Under the pieces are notes generated by a model, which worked only from the letters and a program-made list of their open reading frames with translations, was not told where the DNA came from and searched no databases. This document shows positions 19,977 to 29,451 of a stretch of 58,009 bases of DNA, piece after piece (position 1 is the stretch's first letter; each line of letters begins with the position of its first letter). This DNA is from Planctomycetota bacterium. GTDB lineage: Bacteria > Planctomycetota > Planctomycetia > JALXBF01. The DNA is taken from NCBI GenBank assembly GCA_026981825.1, contig JALSID010000227.1, forward strand, positions 1 to 58,009, read 5' to 3'. A program made the position numbers and the translations under genes.

Positions 19977-22007
19977 TTATTCAGGACGGGGTGATACCGC
20001 CGTATCAGGCCGTTCCAGCTCAGCGAGCCGTTCGATCACACGGGGACAGTCCGGCAAGGAGTCGAGGAAGAGGCGACCGTAGGCGCGCGAGAGCACACGC
20101 GGATCGAGGAGCACGATGATGCCCCGGTCCGTGCTCGTGCGGATCAGCCGACCAAACCCCTGCTTAAACCGCAGAATCGCTTCGGGAACCTGGTAGTCGA
20201 GAAACGCGTTCCCACCGAGCTCCTGAATTCGCTCCACACGCGCCTGGATGAGCGGATGGTCGGGCACCCGAAAAGGCAGACGGGTAATGATCACGTTCTG
20301 CAAAGCGGCCCCCGGCACGTCGATCCCCTGCCAAAAGCTTTCCGTGCCGAAGAGAACAGCATTGGGCCGCGACTTGAACGCTTCCAGCAACTTCCACCGC
20401 GGCATGTTCTCGCCCTGCACCAGTAGCGTCATCTCCTGCTTCTTCATCCAGGAACGTACCCGCCGCGCCACACTCTGCATCGTCCTGTAGCTGGTAAACA
20501 GCACAAGAGCACGCCCCTGGGTTCTCTTCAGGTACACCTTGAGCGCCCGCGCCAGGGCAGGCTCGAACTCCTCCTGGTCGTTCGGGTCCGGCATGTCCTC
20601 CACGATGTAGATCACCACCTGCTCCGAGTAGCGGAACGGGCTGCCGAGCTGTAGCGATCTGCAGCGCGGGTGGTCGTTTAACCCCAGGCGGTCCTTAATG
20701 AAACTGAAGTCCCCCTTGCCCACGCACAACGTGGCACTCGTCATGATTGCGGAAGGAACTTCGTCAAAGAGCAAACTGCGCAACACTCGGCCGGTCTCGA
20801 TGGGGGCCGAACAAAGCCGAATCCGTCGGCCCCGCACTCGATCCTCCTGTTCCACCCAGTACACATGGTCCTCGTCGGACTGCTTCAACCAGGCTCGCAG
20901 GCCATTCGCCAGAGCAACCAGGCGGTCCGCCGTGGCCTCGATCTCCTGCGCCTCCTCTTCGGCCACCGAACTCCCCGCACCTTCCAGTGCGTCGCGGATT
21001 TTCGCCGCAAGCACGACGAGCTCGCTGGGCACCGCTGTGTCGATGGAAGGAGGCCGTCGCACCCGCCCATTCGGCTCCGCGCGCTCCCTGAGCCACTCCT
21101 CCAGCTCCGCCAGGAAAACCTGAAACGCGCTGTGCACCCGCCCGATTTCGTGTTTAAGCTGCTCTGCAGAAGCTGGGGGCAGCAGTTTGACCAGGCCCCT
21201 TTCGCCCCGAGGGTTGTACAGCCGGCGCAGGTTGTATTCGAACTGTCCCGCCGTGATCTCCGCACCAAAATGCCTCGCCGCCACCTCCTCGACCGTGTGG
21301 GCTTCATCCAACACGACGGCCCGGTAGGAGGGGAGCACAGCACCACCCGATTGCCGCAAGGCGAGGTCCACGAAGAAGAGCGCATGATTCACGATGACGA
21401 TGTTGGCGTTGGCAAGACGTCGCCGAGCCTGGAAGTAAAAACAGGAGTTGTAGAAGGGACACTTCTTCCCCATGCAGTTGTCCGATTCGCTCCGCACTTC
21501 AGACCAGACCTGAGGTAAGGGGGTAAACGACAGGTCGCTCAGCGACCCGTCCTCTGTCTTGCTCGCCCAGTTGCGGATCTCCTCCAACTGCTCCAGCTCT
21601 TGAGGCGTGCGCAGAAGCTCGTGCCGCTTCCGGTACGCCACCTCCATGCGACGCAGACTGATGTAGTTGCTCCGTCCCTTGGCAAGGACAGCGGTGAACT
21701 CGACCGGCAACGCGGCCTGAAGAGTGGGGATGTCCTTGTGAACGAGCTGTTCCTGCAGGTTGATCGTGTGCGTGGAGACGACCACGCGCTTGCGGTCCTC
21801 TCCCGCGGCCGATGCCAGGATCGCCGGTACCAGATAGGCAAAACTCTTCCCGACGCCCGTACCAGCCTCGACCAGTAGATGCTGCCCGTCGCGCAACGCC
21901 TCGTGTACGGCTTCGGCCATGCGAAGCTGCTGCGGACGGAGCTCATAGCCAGGCAATTTTCGTGCAACAAAACCACCTGGCCCCAGTATCTCCCGGGGAT
22001 CGTACAT
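19977..22007 (-). CDS. dinG: ATP-dependent DNA helicase, DinG/YoaA family
   Basis: EAGTGVGKS, VVSTHTINLQEQL, DEAH, SATL, GTESFWQGIDVPG and QGFGRLIR. Confidence 0.93.
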   Translation of the reverse strand: MYDPREILGPGGFVARKLPGYELRPQQLRMAEAVHEALRDGQHLLVEAGTGVGKSFAYLVPAILASAAGEDRKRVVVSTHTINLQEQLVHKDIPTLQAALPVEFTAVLAKGRSNYISLRRMEVAYRKRHELLRTPQELEQLEEIRNWASKTEDGSLSDLSFTPLPQVWSEVRSESDNCMGKKCPFYNSCFYFQARRRLANANIVIVNHALFFVDLALRQSGGAVLPSYRAVVLDEAHTVEEVAARHFGAEITAGQFEYNLRRLYNPRGERGLVKLLPPASAEQLKHEIGRVHSAFQVFLAELEEWLRERAEPNGRVRRPPSIDTAVPSELVVLAAKIRDALEGAGSSVAEEEAQEIEATADRLVALANGLRAWLKQSDEDHVYWVEQEDRVRGRRIRLCSAPIETGRVLRSLLFDEVPSAIMTSATLCVGKGDFSFIKDRLGLNDHPRCRSLQLGSPFRYSEQVVIYIVEDMPDPNDQEEFEPALARALKVYLKRTQGRALVLFTSYRTMQSVARRVRSWMKKQEMTLLVQGENMPRWKLLEAFKSRPNAVLFGTESFWQGIDVPGAALQNVIITRLPFRVPDHPLIQARVERIQELGGNAFLDYQVPEAILRFKQGFGRLIRTSTDRGIIVLLDPRVLSRAYGRLFLDSLPDCPRVIERLAELERPDTAVSPRPE

Positions 22008-22036
22008 GCCCGGCCTTCCACCTGCTCAGGAAATCC

Positions 22037-23143
22037 CTAGCGACGAGTTGCGACCGCGCCCGGCAATCCCTCCAGGGGACTCGAAGCGGAAGCATACAAC
22101 TTCCGCGGAATCCGTCCCGCCCGATAGGCAAGCCGTCCCGCATCACAGGCCAGCCGCATCGCGTGCGCCATGCGAATCGGATCCTTCGCCTGCGCGATAC
22201 CCGTGTTCAGCAGAACCCCATCACAGCCCAGCTCCATCGAAACCGTCACGTCACTCGCCGTCCCTACCCCGGCATCGATGATCACCGGATACTCGGGATC
22301 GTCGTCCTTCAAGTACTCCAGAATAATCCGGATGTTGTACGGATTCAGTACCCCCTGGCCGCTGCCAATCGGGCTGCCCGCCGGCATCACACTCGTCGCA
22401 CCGGCCTCCTTGAGGCGTTTGGCCACGATCGGGTCATCGGACGTGTACACCAGGACCATGAACCCTTCGGCAACCAGCTTCTCTGTGGCGTGCAGAGTGG
22501 CTACAGGATCCGGCAGGAGGGTCTTGGGATCACCAAGCACTTCCAATTTCACCCAATTCGCTCCCGGATTGTCCAGGTTGGAGAGGATTTCGCGAGCCAA
22601 CAGCGCGTGACGGACCGCATCCTCGGCCGTGTAGCAACCCGCCGTGTTCGGCAGGATCGTGTAGCGGGAAAGGTCAAGATAGTCCAAGAGGCTCCGCCCC
22701 TTCTCGTCGTAAAGACGCTCCCGCCGAACCGCCACCGTCACGACTTCGCAGCCGCTGGCGGCAAGGGCACGCTGCATGGTCTCGTAGTCCGCGTACTTGC
22801 CGGTGCCAACAAAAAGGCGACTGCGAAACGTGAAGGGGCCGATACGAAGCGGATCGTCCGCGAGGGGATCTTCGTGCACGGGAGCAGCCCCCCCGCCAAC
22901 CAGGGTCACGACCTCGACCTGGTCCCCCTCCTGGAGCCGTGTCGTGTTGTGGAGCCGTCTGGGTACGATGCCGCCGTTCACCTCCACAGCGACCGTGTCC
23001 GCCCTGACGTTCATCCTGCGCAGTAGCTCCGCCACCGTCGTGCCGGGCGGCAGAACCTCCGGCTTTCCATTCACGATCACCCGGATACCGGTCTGCTCGG
23101 GACCGGACCTGGCCAAACTCGATTGCTGGCTGTGACCGCTCAC
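22037..23143 (-). CDS. thiG: ThiS-ThiG fusion: sulfur-carrier domain fused to thiazole synthase
   Basis: N-terminal VIVNG...[10 protein letters not shown]...[14 protein letters not shown] (ThiS) in frame with [37 protein letters not shown] and DAGVG (ThiG); GGAGGAG RBS before GTG 23143. Confidence 0.93.
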   Translation of the reverse strand: MSGHSQQSSLARSGPEQTGIRVIVNGKPEVLPPGTTVAELLRRMNVRADTVAVEVNGGIVPRRLHNTTRLQEGDQVEVVTLVGGGAAPVHEDPLADDPLRIGPFTFRSRLFVGTGKYADYETMQRALAASGCEVVTVAVRRERLYDEKGRSLLDYLDLSRYTILPNTAGCYTAEDAVRHALLAREILSNLDNPGANWVKLEVLGDPKTLLPDPVATLHATEKLVAEGFMVLVYTSDDPIVAKRLKEAGATSVMPAGSPIGSGQGVLNPYNIRIILEYLKDDDPEYPVIIDAGVGTASDVTVSMELGCDGVLLNTGIAQAKDPIRMAHAMRLACDAGRLAYRAGRIPRKLYASASSPLEGLPGAVATRR

Positions 23144-23522
23144 GCTCCGTTCTCCTCCGTTCTGGCCCGTCGAATGACCAGCACCACCCGGTCGCTGACA
23201 CTCGTCCGGCCTGTCCAACGAATTGGCGTCCGCGCGTCCGCCGCCGTTCTCAATCCCACCGCATCGCGCCCAACAAACCCCTCGTCCTTACCAAATCCTA
23301 CGGGGGCGGCTGGCTTGCACCAAGCCACCGATCCGTCCGGCCCGCGAGTTCCTGCACAGGCCCGCTGGGACGATCGACCGCTCGGAACGGTGCGTCCGCT
23401 TCGTGCAGGCGGGCGTCGACAGAGGGCGGTTCGAGACATGACCGGCTAGAGCAACCGAAAGCGGCGGTCGGGAGGTGAGGCAGGTAGCCGGATGAGGGTG
23501 TTCGGTGTACCATTAACCCGAA

Positions 23523-23536
23523 TTAGGAGTGTCTAA
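23523..23536 (+). promoter_or_regulatory. Putative DtxR/MntR-family operator
   Basis: TTAG-GAGTGT-CTAA dyad, same length as the SirR/MntR-type TTAGGNNNNCCTAA box; 14 nt before the repressor ATG and about 10 nt after a TACCAT -10 candidate (23508-23513). Confidence 0.6.
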
Positions 23537-23550
23537 CAGCGGAGTTTGTC

Positions 23551-24240
23551 ATGACGGCACTCCAGGACGTAGGTCCGGCCATCCAGGACTACCTCAAAGC
23601 GATTTACCGGCTCTCGCAGCAGCGGACGCCGGTGCGCACGGGCATGCTAGCTCGCACCCTGGCTGTTCGGCCGGCCAGCGTAACGGGGATGCTGAAAAAG
23701 CTGCACGCGCGAGGCCTTGTTCGATACAGCCCCCGGCGTGGCGTGGAATTGACGCCGGGGGGGTCACGGATCGCCAAGGAGGTCCTGCGTCACCATCGGC
23801 TGCTTGAGGCTTTCCTGGTCCAAGAGCTTGGCATGACGTGGGAAGAAGCGCACCACGAAGCGGAAACGCTCGAGCACTACATCTCCGAGCGGTTCGAGGA
23901 AAAGCTGGCTCAGAAGCTGGGCGATCCCGAGTGGGATCCCCAGGGGGCTCCTATACCTCGCCCCGACGGAACGGTTCCGGCCAGCTCGTGGCCGTCGCTG
24001 CTGGAAGTAGGACCGGGGCGGTATGCGGTTCGCCAGGTGCGGGCCGACTCGCCGGAGCTTGCCCAACACCTCTATTCGCTCGGGTTGGTACCCGGTGCCG
24101 ATCTGGTCTTTGAAGAACTCGCCCCCTTCGATGGCCCCGGTCGCTTGGTGGTCGGAAGCAAGACGCTTCACCTTGGCCGACGTGCTCTCCGCGCCTTGCG
24201 AGTGGAGCAGGTGAAGGATCAGGAAGAGAGGCAACGATGA
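23551..24240 (+). CDS. mntR: DtxR/MntR-family metal-dependent repressor with FeoA-like C-terminal domain
   Basis: QDYLKAIY, ASVTGMLKKL, RHHRLLEAFL, EAETLEH and PEWDPQGAPIP. Confidence 0.92.
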   Translation: MTALQDVGPAIQDYLKAIYRLSQQRTPVRTGMLARTLAVRPASVTGMLKKLHARGLVRYSPRRGVELTPGGSRIAKEVLRHHRLLEAFLVQELGMTWEEAHHEAETLEHYISERFEEKLAQKLGDPEWDPQGAPIPRPDGTVPASSWPSLLEVGPGRYAVRQVRADSPELAQHLYSLGLVPGADLVFEELAPFDGPGRLVVGSKTLHLGRRALRALRVEQVKDQEERQR

Positions 24241-25145
24241 GTACCGGCCGTTGGGGTCCCGTTCTGAGCTGTTTGTTGGTCCTCTTGCTGAACGGCTGCG
24301 TTGTATCGCGCGGCACCGCACCGGACGTGCTTTGCACGACCAGCATCGTCGCCGACACGGTAGCGAACGTAGTAGGACCAGAGCTGTCCGTGGAGCGGTT
24401 GATGGGGCCGGGCGTTGACCCCCACACTTTTGCCCCCACACAGAGGACGATTATCGATCTGGCCCGGGCGCGCACGGTGGTGTTCCATGGCCTGCATCTG
24501 GAGGGCCAGATGGCCAAAGTACTCAACGCACTCGCGGAAGTACGCTCCGTGTACGCGATCACCGAAGCCCTCCCTCGGGACGAGTTGCTACCCGCTGGCC
24601 AGTACGCGTATGACCCGCATGTCTGGTTCGACGTCCGTCTCTGGGCACGCACGCCGGAGTGGGTGGCGGAACAACTGGGCATGGTCTTCCCCGAGTACCG
24701 CTCGACGATGCGGGAGCGAGCAGCAGCGTATCGGAAGCAGTTGGAGGAGCTCGATCGGTGGGTCGAGGGGCAAATCCATACGATCCCGCCGAGGCAACGG
24801 GTGCTGGTCACGGCCCATGATGCCTTCCGCTATTTCGGGCGTCGCTACGGCATCGAGGTGGTCGGACTACAGGGGATCAGTACGGCGTCGGAAGCGGGTC
24901 TTGCGGACATGCACCGACTCGTCGAACTGATCGTGTCACGACAGATCAAGGCGATCTTTGTGGAGTCCAGTGTGCCACGACGTGCGGTTGAGGCGTTGCA
25001 GCTTGCCTGCCGGGTGAGGGGGCATCGTGTTCAGATCGGCGGCGTACTGTACTCCGATGCACTGGGGCCGCCTGGCTCAGGTGCAGACACGTACGTGGGC
25101 ATGGTCAAGCACAACGTGCGCACGATCGTGCGGGCGTTGCGCTAG
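24237..25145 (+). CDS. troA: Mn/Zn ABC transporter substrate-binding lipoprotein (TroA-like)
   Basis: Lipobox LNGC; [30 protein letters not shown] and LYSDALG. Confidence 0.92.
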   Translation: MSTGRWGPVLSCLLVLLLNGCVVSRGTAPDVLCTTSIVADTVANVVGPELSVERLMGPGVDPHTFAPTQRTIIDLARARTVVFHGLHLEGQMAKVLNALAEVRSVYAITEALPRDELLPAGQYAYDPHVWFDVRLWARTPEWVAEQLGMVFPEYRSTMRERAAAYRKQLEELDRWVEGQIHTIPPRQRVLVTAHDAFRYFGRRYGIEVVGLQGISTASEAGLADMHRLVELIVSRQIKAIFVESSVPRRAVEALQLACRVRGHRVQIGGVLYSDALGPPGSGADTYVGMVKHNVRTIVRALR

Positions 25146-25156
25146 GGAGGACAGGC

Positions 25157-25993
25157 ATGAACGAGGCTACCCGGACGCCGGCAATCGAAGTCCACGACCT
25201 GACCGTCGCCTACGGCACGACCCCCGTGCTCTGGGACATCGATGTGCGCATCCCGGACGGCAAGATGGTCGCGATTGTGGGCCCGAACGGAGCGGGCAAG
25301 AGCACCCTGCTGAAGGTGATCGTTGGTCTGCTGGAGCCGATGAGCGGCTGGGTGCAGATCTACGGTGCACCGTTTGATCAGAGGCGCGCGTGGGTTGCGT
25401 ACGTGCCTCAGCGCGAGACCGTCGACTGGGATTTCCCCACCGATGCTTTGGACGTCGTTTTAATGGGGCTGTACGGCCAGATCGGTTGGTTTCGTCGCCC
25501 CAGACGCCATCATCGCGAGCGAGCGTTGGAATGCCTTGAGCGTGTGGGGATCCGCCACCTGGCGCACCGCCAGATCTCGCAGCTCTCTGGAGGCCAGCAG
25601 CAGCGTGTCTTCCTGGCGCGAGCATTGGCCCAGGATGCCCGGCTGTACCTGCTCGACGAACCCCTCGCGGGGGTAGACGCCGCGACCGAACAGGTGATTC
25701 TGCAAATCCTGCGTGAGCTGCGTGACCAGGGCCGCACCATTGTTGTTGTTCACCACGACCTGCAAACGGTGGCCGACTACTTCGACTACGTCGTGCTCTT
25801 GAACCTGCGTCTGGTTGCGGCCGGTCCGGTGGAAGAGGTGTTCACCGCTACTAACCTGCAGCGCACCTACGGCGGACGGCTCACGCCTCTGGCCTATGCC
25901 AGCGAAGCGCTGCTCCGGCAGCGCCAGGGTAGCCAGGTAGCCCCCGTGCTTGCGGAGCAAAAGACCGAGTATGGCCGACAGACAGACCAGTAG
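25157..25993 (+). CDS. troB: Mn/Zn ABC transporter ATP-binding protein
   Basis: [35 protein letters not shown] and LLDEP. Confidence 0.95.
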   Translation: MNEATRTPAIEVHDLTVAYGTTPVLWDIDVRIPDGKMVAIVGPNGAGKSTLLKVIVGLLEPMSGWVQIYGAPFDQRRAWVAYVPQRETVDWDFPTDALDVVLMGLYGQIGWFRRPRRHHRERALECLERVGIRHLAHRQISQLSGGQQQRVFLARALAQDARLYLLDEPLAGVDAATEQVILQILRELRDQGRTIVVVHHDLQTVADYFDYVVLLNLRLVAAGPVEEVFTATNLQRTYGGRLTPLAYASEALLRQRQGSQVAPVLAEQKTEYGRQTDQ

Positions 25994-26110
25994 GAGGCCT
26001 TGGATGGTGCTGGTCCCCCATACTCCCCCCGGAACTGGGGGGTGCATTCGGCCTGAGGTTCGCCCTCGGCCGATACAACTCACCGTGTCGGCAAGCGGGA
26101 GGGTTTCCCC

Positions 26111-27388
26111 ATGACGGGCACGGTTGATTTCACCGTGCTGCTGGTTGCGAGCGGGGCGGTTGTGTTAGGAGCGGTTGCCGGGGCGGTAGGGGTGTTTGCC
26201 GTCCTGAGGCGGGAAAGTCTGCTCGGTGATGTGCTTGCCCACGCCACACTGCCGGGCATCTGCATTGGTTATCTGATCGCTCAGGACAAGAGCCTCCTCG
26301 CCCTTCTGGCTGGTGGCCTGGCGACGGCCCTGGTAGCAGGCCTACTGCACCGTCTGATTACGCGAGTTACCCCCTTGAAGGAAGACACCAGCCTTGGGAT
26401 CACCCTTTCGCTCTTCTACGGGTTAGGCATTGTCTTGCTCACCCGCATCCAGGGGCTGAGCTATGGCACCCAGGCAGGGTTGAAAACCTTTCTGTTCGGT
26501 TCGGCGGTCACGATGCTCCCCGAGGACGTAGCTGCGATCGGCACCCTCGGGATCATCGCCGCTATCCTCCTCAGCCTGATCTACAAGGAACTGAAACTCC
26601 TCCTCTTTGACGCCCAATTTGCCAGCACGTTGGGCTATCCCACCCGTTTCCTGGACTTCACCCTGACTATGCTTCTGGGGCTTGTGATCGTGACAGGTCT
26701 AAGGTTGGCGGGCATCGTCCTGATGGTGGCTGCAGTGATCATACCGGCCGTGGCAGCGCGACAGTGGTCCGATCGGCTGAACCGGGTAATCCTCCTTGCC
26801 GCCACAATTGGGGCCGTGTCCGGGGTAACGGGCAGCGTCGTTTCTGCAGCCGTGCCCTGGATGAAGACCGGCCCCTCGATCGTGATCGTGGCCTCGCTGG
26901 TCTTCCTCGCGTCGTTCGCCTTCTCGCCTCGCCGTGGCGTTGTCGCCCTGTGGCTTCGCAAGAGACGGATGCAACGGGCGATCGAAGAAGACCACCTTCT
27001 GCGTGACCTGTACCTGGTGGCGGAATCGAAGCGGGCCATCGCTGTGGACGCGAGTTTTGTCGAGCTGCTCGGACGTCGAGGAATGAGTCCTGGGCAGTTG
27101 CGTCGGGTAATCAGGAGATTGACAGCGCGCGGGCTGATTGTTGAGTCGCCATTCGGCGTGCGGCTCACTGAAGCTGGCATGGAACGAGCACGCCGCATCG
27201 TTGCACGACACCGGCTGTGGGAGACCTACCTGAGTCGGGAACTGGGCCTCCCGGAAGACCACCTCCATCGCGACGCGGAGGAGATGGAACACGCGATGGA
27301 CGAGCAGCTTACCGAGCTGCTCAAACATGAACTCGGCCATCCGGAACGCGACCCCCACGGCAAAATCATTCCGGGGGAACCGCAATGA
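26111..27388 (+). CDS. troC: Mn/Zn ABC permease fused to a C-terminal DtxR-like repressor module
   Basis: SLLGDVLAHATLPG (ABC-3 permease), followed after the last TM helix by EEDHLLRDLY..wHTH..RHRLWETYL..HRDAEEMEH..PERDPHGKIIP. Confidence 0.9.
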   Translation: MTGTVDFTVLLVASGAVVLGAVAGAVGVFAVLRRESLLGDVLAHATLPGICIGYLIAQDKSLLALLAGGLATALVAGLLHRLITRVTPLKEDTSLGITLSLFYGLGIVLLTRIQGLSYGTQAGLKTFLFGSAVTMLPEDVAAIGTLGIIAAILLSLIYKELKLLLFDAQFASTLGYPTRFLDFTLTMLLGLVIVTGLRLAGIVLMVAAVIIPAVAARQWSDRLNRVILLAATIGAVSGVTGSVVSAAVPWMKTGPSIVIVASLVFLASFAFSPRRGVVALWLRKRRMQRAIEEDHLLRDLYLVAESKRAIAVDASFVELLGRRGMSPGQLRRVIRRLTARGLIVESPFGVRLTEAGMERARRIVARHRLWETYLSRELGLPEDHLHRDAEEMEHAMDEQLTELLKHELGHPERDPHGKIIPGEPQ

Positions 27389-28494
27389 TCGTAGAAGAGT
27401 TCTACTTGATCGCGATCGCGGCAGTCGTCGCAGCGGAATGCGCGTTGATCGGCACCGTCCTTTGTTTGCGAAAGATGGTCTTGCTGGGCGATGCGATTAG
27501 TCACGCCATTCTCCCCGGCGTCGTGTTCGCTTTCGCCGTCACGGGGGCGATCGTCTCACCGCTCACGCTGCTTGGCGCGATGGCGTTCGCCGTGCTCACG
27601 GTGGCACTGATCGAACGGCTTTCGGTAACCCGACGCATCGAGGAACAAGCAGCCACCGGTGTGGTATTTACCTTTCTCTTCGCCATTGGCGTGCTCGGGG
27701 TGAGCTACTACCGATCCGCTGACCTAGACCTGGACTGCGTGCTCTTCGGGAACCTCGAACTGGCCCCCTTTGACCTGATCCGAGTCGGTTCCACCAATCT
27801 TGGTCCACGGGCCCTCTGGACGAACGGTCTCCTGCTCGTGGCAAACGCCGCGGTGGTTGCCCTGCTCTTCAAGGAGCTCAAGATCTCCGCTTTCGACCCG
27901 GAATACGCCCAAACGCAAGGATTTCGCCCCCGGGTGTTGTTCTACGTCTCGGCCGTCCTGGCAGCTCTGACCTGCGTTGCGGCCTTCGAAGCGGTCGGCG
28001 TCATTCTGGTGGTGGCGATGTTGGCCGTCCCAGCGGGAGCAGCATTGTTGTGGTGCTCGCACATGCACAGTGCCCTGTTTGTGGCGGTGCTGCATGGTGT
28101 GATAAGTGGCGTGGTCGCCTACCCCCTGGCTTACACAGTTGACTGTTCTGTGGCAGGTGCGGCTGCGCTGATCGCTGGGGCACTGTTCCTCGTCGCTTTT
28201 CTTTTCGCGCCACAGCGCGGTGTGTTCGCCCGCTGGCTTGCCGCACGCCATCGCCGACTGCACCTCCAGGCGTTGCTCGTTCTCATGCACCTGCCGGAGC
28301 CCGGCAAAGGAATGGAGCGCAGCACACTCTGCAGACTACTCAACCTCGCCGAAACAGAGATCGAACCGGTGATCGAATTCCTCGCCACCCATGGCTACGT
28401 GCGCCTGGACGGCACTCAGATCGTGCTCACCCACGAAGGCCGGCGCTGGTGCCACTCCGCAGGCACGGACAGCAACGGCGACGTCCCATCCTGA
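27385..28494 (+). CDS. troD: Mn/Zn ABC permease with short C-terminal winged-helix extension
   Basis: LGDAISHAILPG, DLDLDCVLFG, AFEAVGVILVVAML; tail LCRLLNL..IEPVIEFLATHGYV..IVLTHEG. Confidence 0.88.
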   Translation: MIVEEFYLIAIAAVVAAECALIGTVLCLRKMVLLGDAISHAILPGVVFAFAVTGAIVSPLTLLGAMAFAVLTVALIERLSVTRRIEEQAATGVVFTFLFAIGVLGVSYYRSADLDLDCVLFGNLELAPFDLIRVGSTNLGPRALWTNGLLLVANAAVVALLFKELKISAFDPEYAQTQGFRPRVLFYVSAVLAALTCVAAFEAVGVILVVAMLAVPAGAALLWCSHMHSALFVAVLHGVISGVVAYPLAYTVDCSVAGAAALIAGALFLVAFLFAPQRGVFARWLAARHRRLHLQALLVLMHLPEPGKGMERSTLCRLLNLAETEIEPVIEFLATHGYVRLDGTQIVLTHEGRRWCHSAGTDSNGDVPS

Positions 28495-28727
28495 CCACAA
28501 AGCCCACCCCAACCAGCCCCCCAGCCCGCCTTCGGCTGCAAGGCAACCGTGATATGCATGGGGATCATCGTGGGCCTCAGTCTCATCGCCCGGGGGGCCC
28601 CTGGCCGTTCCCGAACAGCACAGCGCTTGGAAGCTCGACGCCTTCAAACCTCCCGCAAAAGAAGCAGGCCCCCCTGGTAACGCCCTCGAGAAACCTCAGC
28701 GCCATGTTGGCGTCAGCGGCGAGCCAA

Positions 28728-29240
28728 TCACCGGCGGATGATGGGCGCACCATAGGCAACGCCGTCCACCGGCACGATCTGCAGCGTCACACCGGCTGCC
28801 GCGGCGTATCCAGTAAACGGCGTGGTGTAAGCACGAATCTGACCGCTGTTCACCTCCACCACGTACAACAGATGCCGAACAGGAAAACGGGTTTGCCCGG
28901 TGAGTGCCGCTCGACCACCCACCATCGCGAATTTCGGTTTTCCGGCACGCGGATTGAGTTGGAAGTCGCCGCGGATGTCCCGAGCGGCCACTCCAAGAAA
29001 CCGACCCGTGATCGGATTCACCGCAGTCACAACCAGACGAGCCCGGTTCAGATCCAGGACGTAGACCGCTTCGACGGTCTCCTGCTCATCCCACGGAGCA
29101 GTGGCCACAATCGCGTTGTCCGTGCGGTCGGTACTGAGCGCCAGCCCCGGCTCCTCACGGAAAAACCACATGACCGAGACACCGAGGGCAAAGCCCACGA
29201 CGAGCCAGCTCGCCGGGTGCTTGCCAGATCTGGTATTCAT
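28728..29240 (-). CDS. Hypothetical exported or membrane-anchored protein
   Basis: CAGGAGGT RBS before ATG 29240; single N-terminal hydrophobic helix then a beta-rich domain (EAVYVLD..VNPITGRF). Confidence 0.7.
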   Translation of the reverse strand: MNTRSGKHPASWLVVGFALGVSVMWFFREEPGLALSTDRTDNAIVATAPWDEQETVEAVYVLDLNRARLVVTAVNPITGRFLGVAARDIRGDFQLNPRAGKPKFAMVGGRAALTGQTRFPVRHLLYVVEVNSGQIRAYTTPFTGYAAAAGVTLQIVPVDGVAYGAPIIRR

Positions 29241-29451
29241 GATCGACCTCCTGAGCATTCGACCTGAAGCCAGCCAAGCCGACGGTGCCACGCAGCACCG
29301 TCCATAGCTGCCGGTCCCCAGCACTACCCCCCCGGGCGTACGTCGCCAGATCCAGCGCTACCAGCCGTGCACCCCTAGTATAGCCAAAAGGCACGGGACT
29401 CCGGAATAGCACCCCAGAGCCCCGCGCGCGTCGGAAAGATGGGTGTGTTTC

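Noticed and set aside
23144-23500. TPP riboswitch upstream of thiS-thiG
   Set aside because: No CTGAGA core or matching P4/P5 elements on the minus strand
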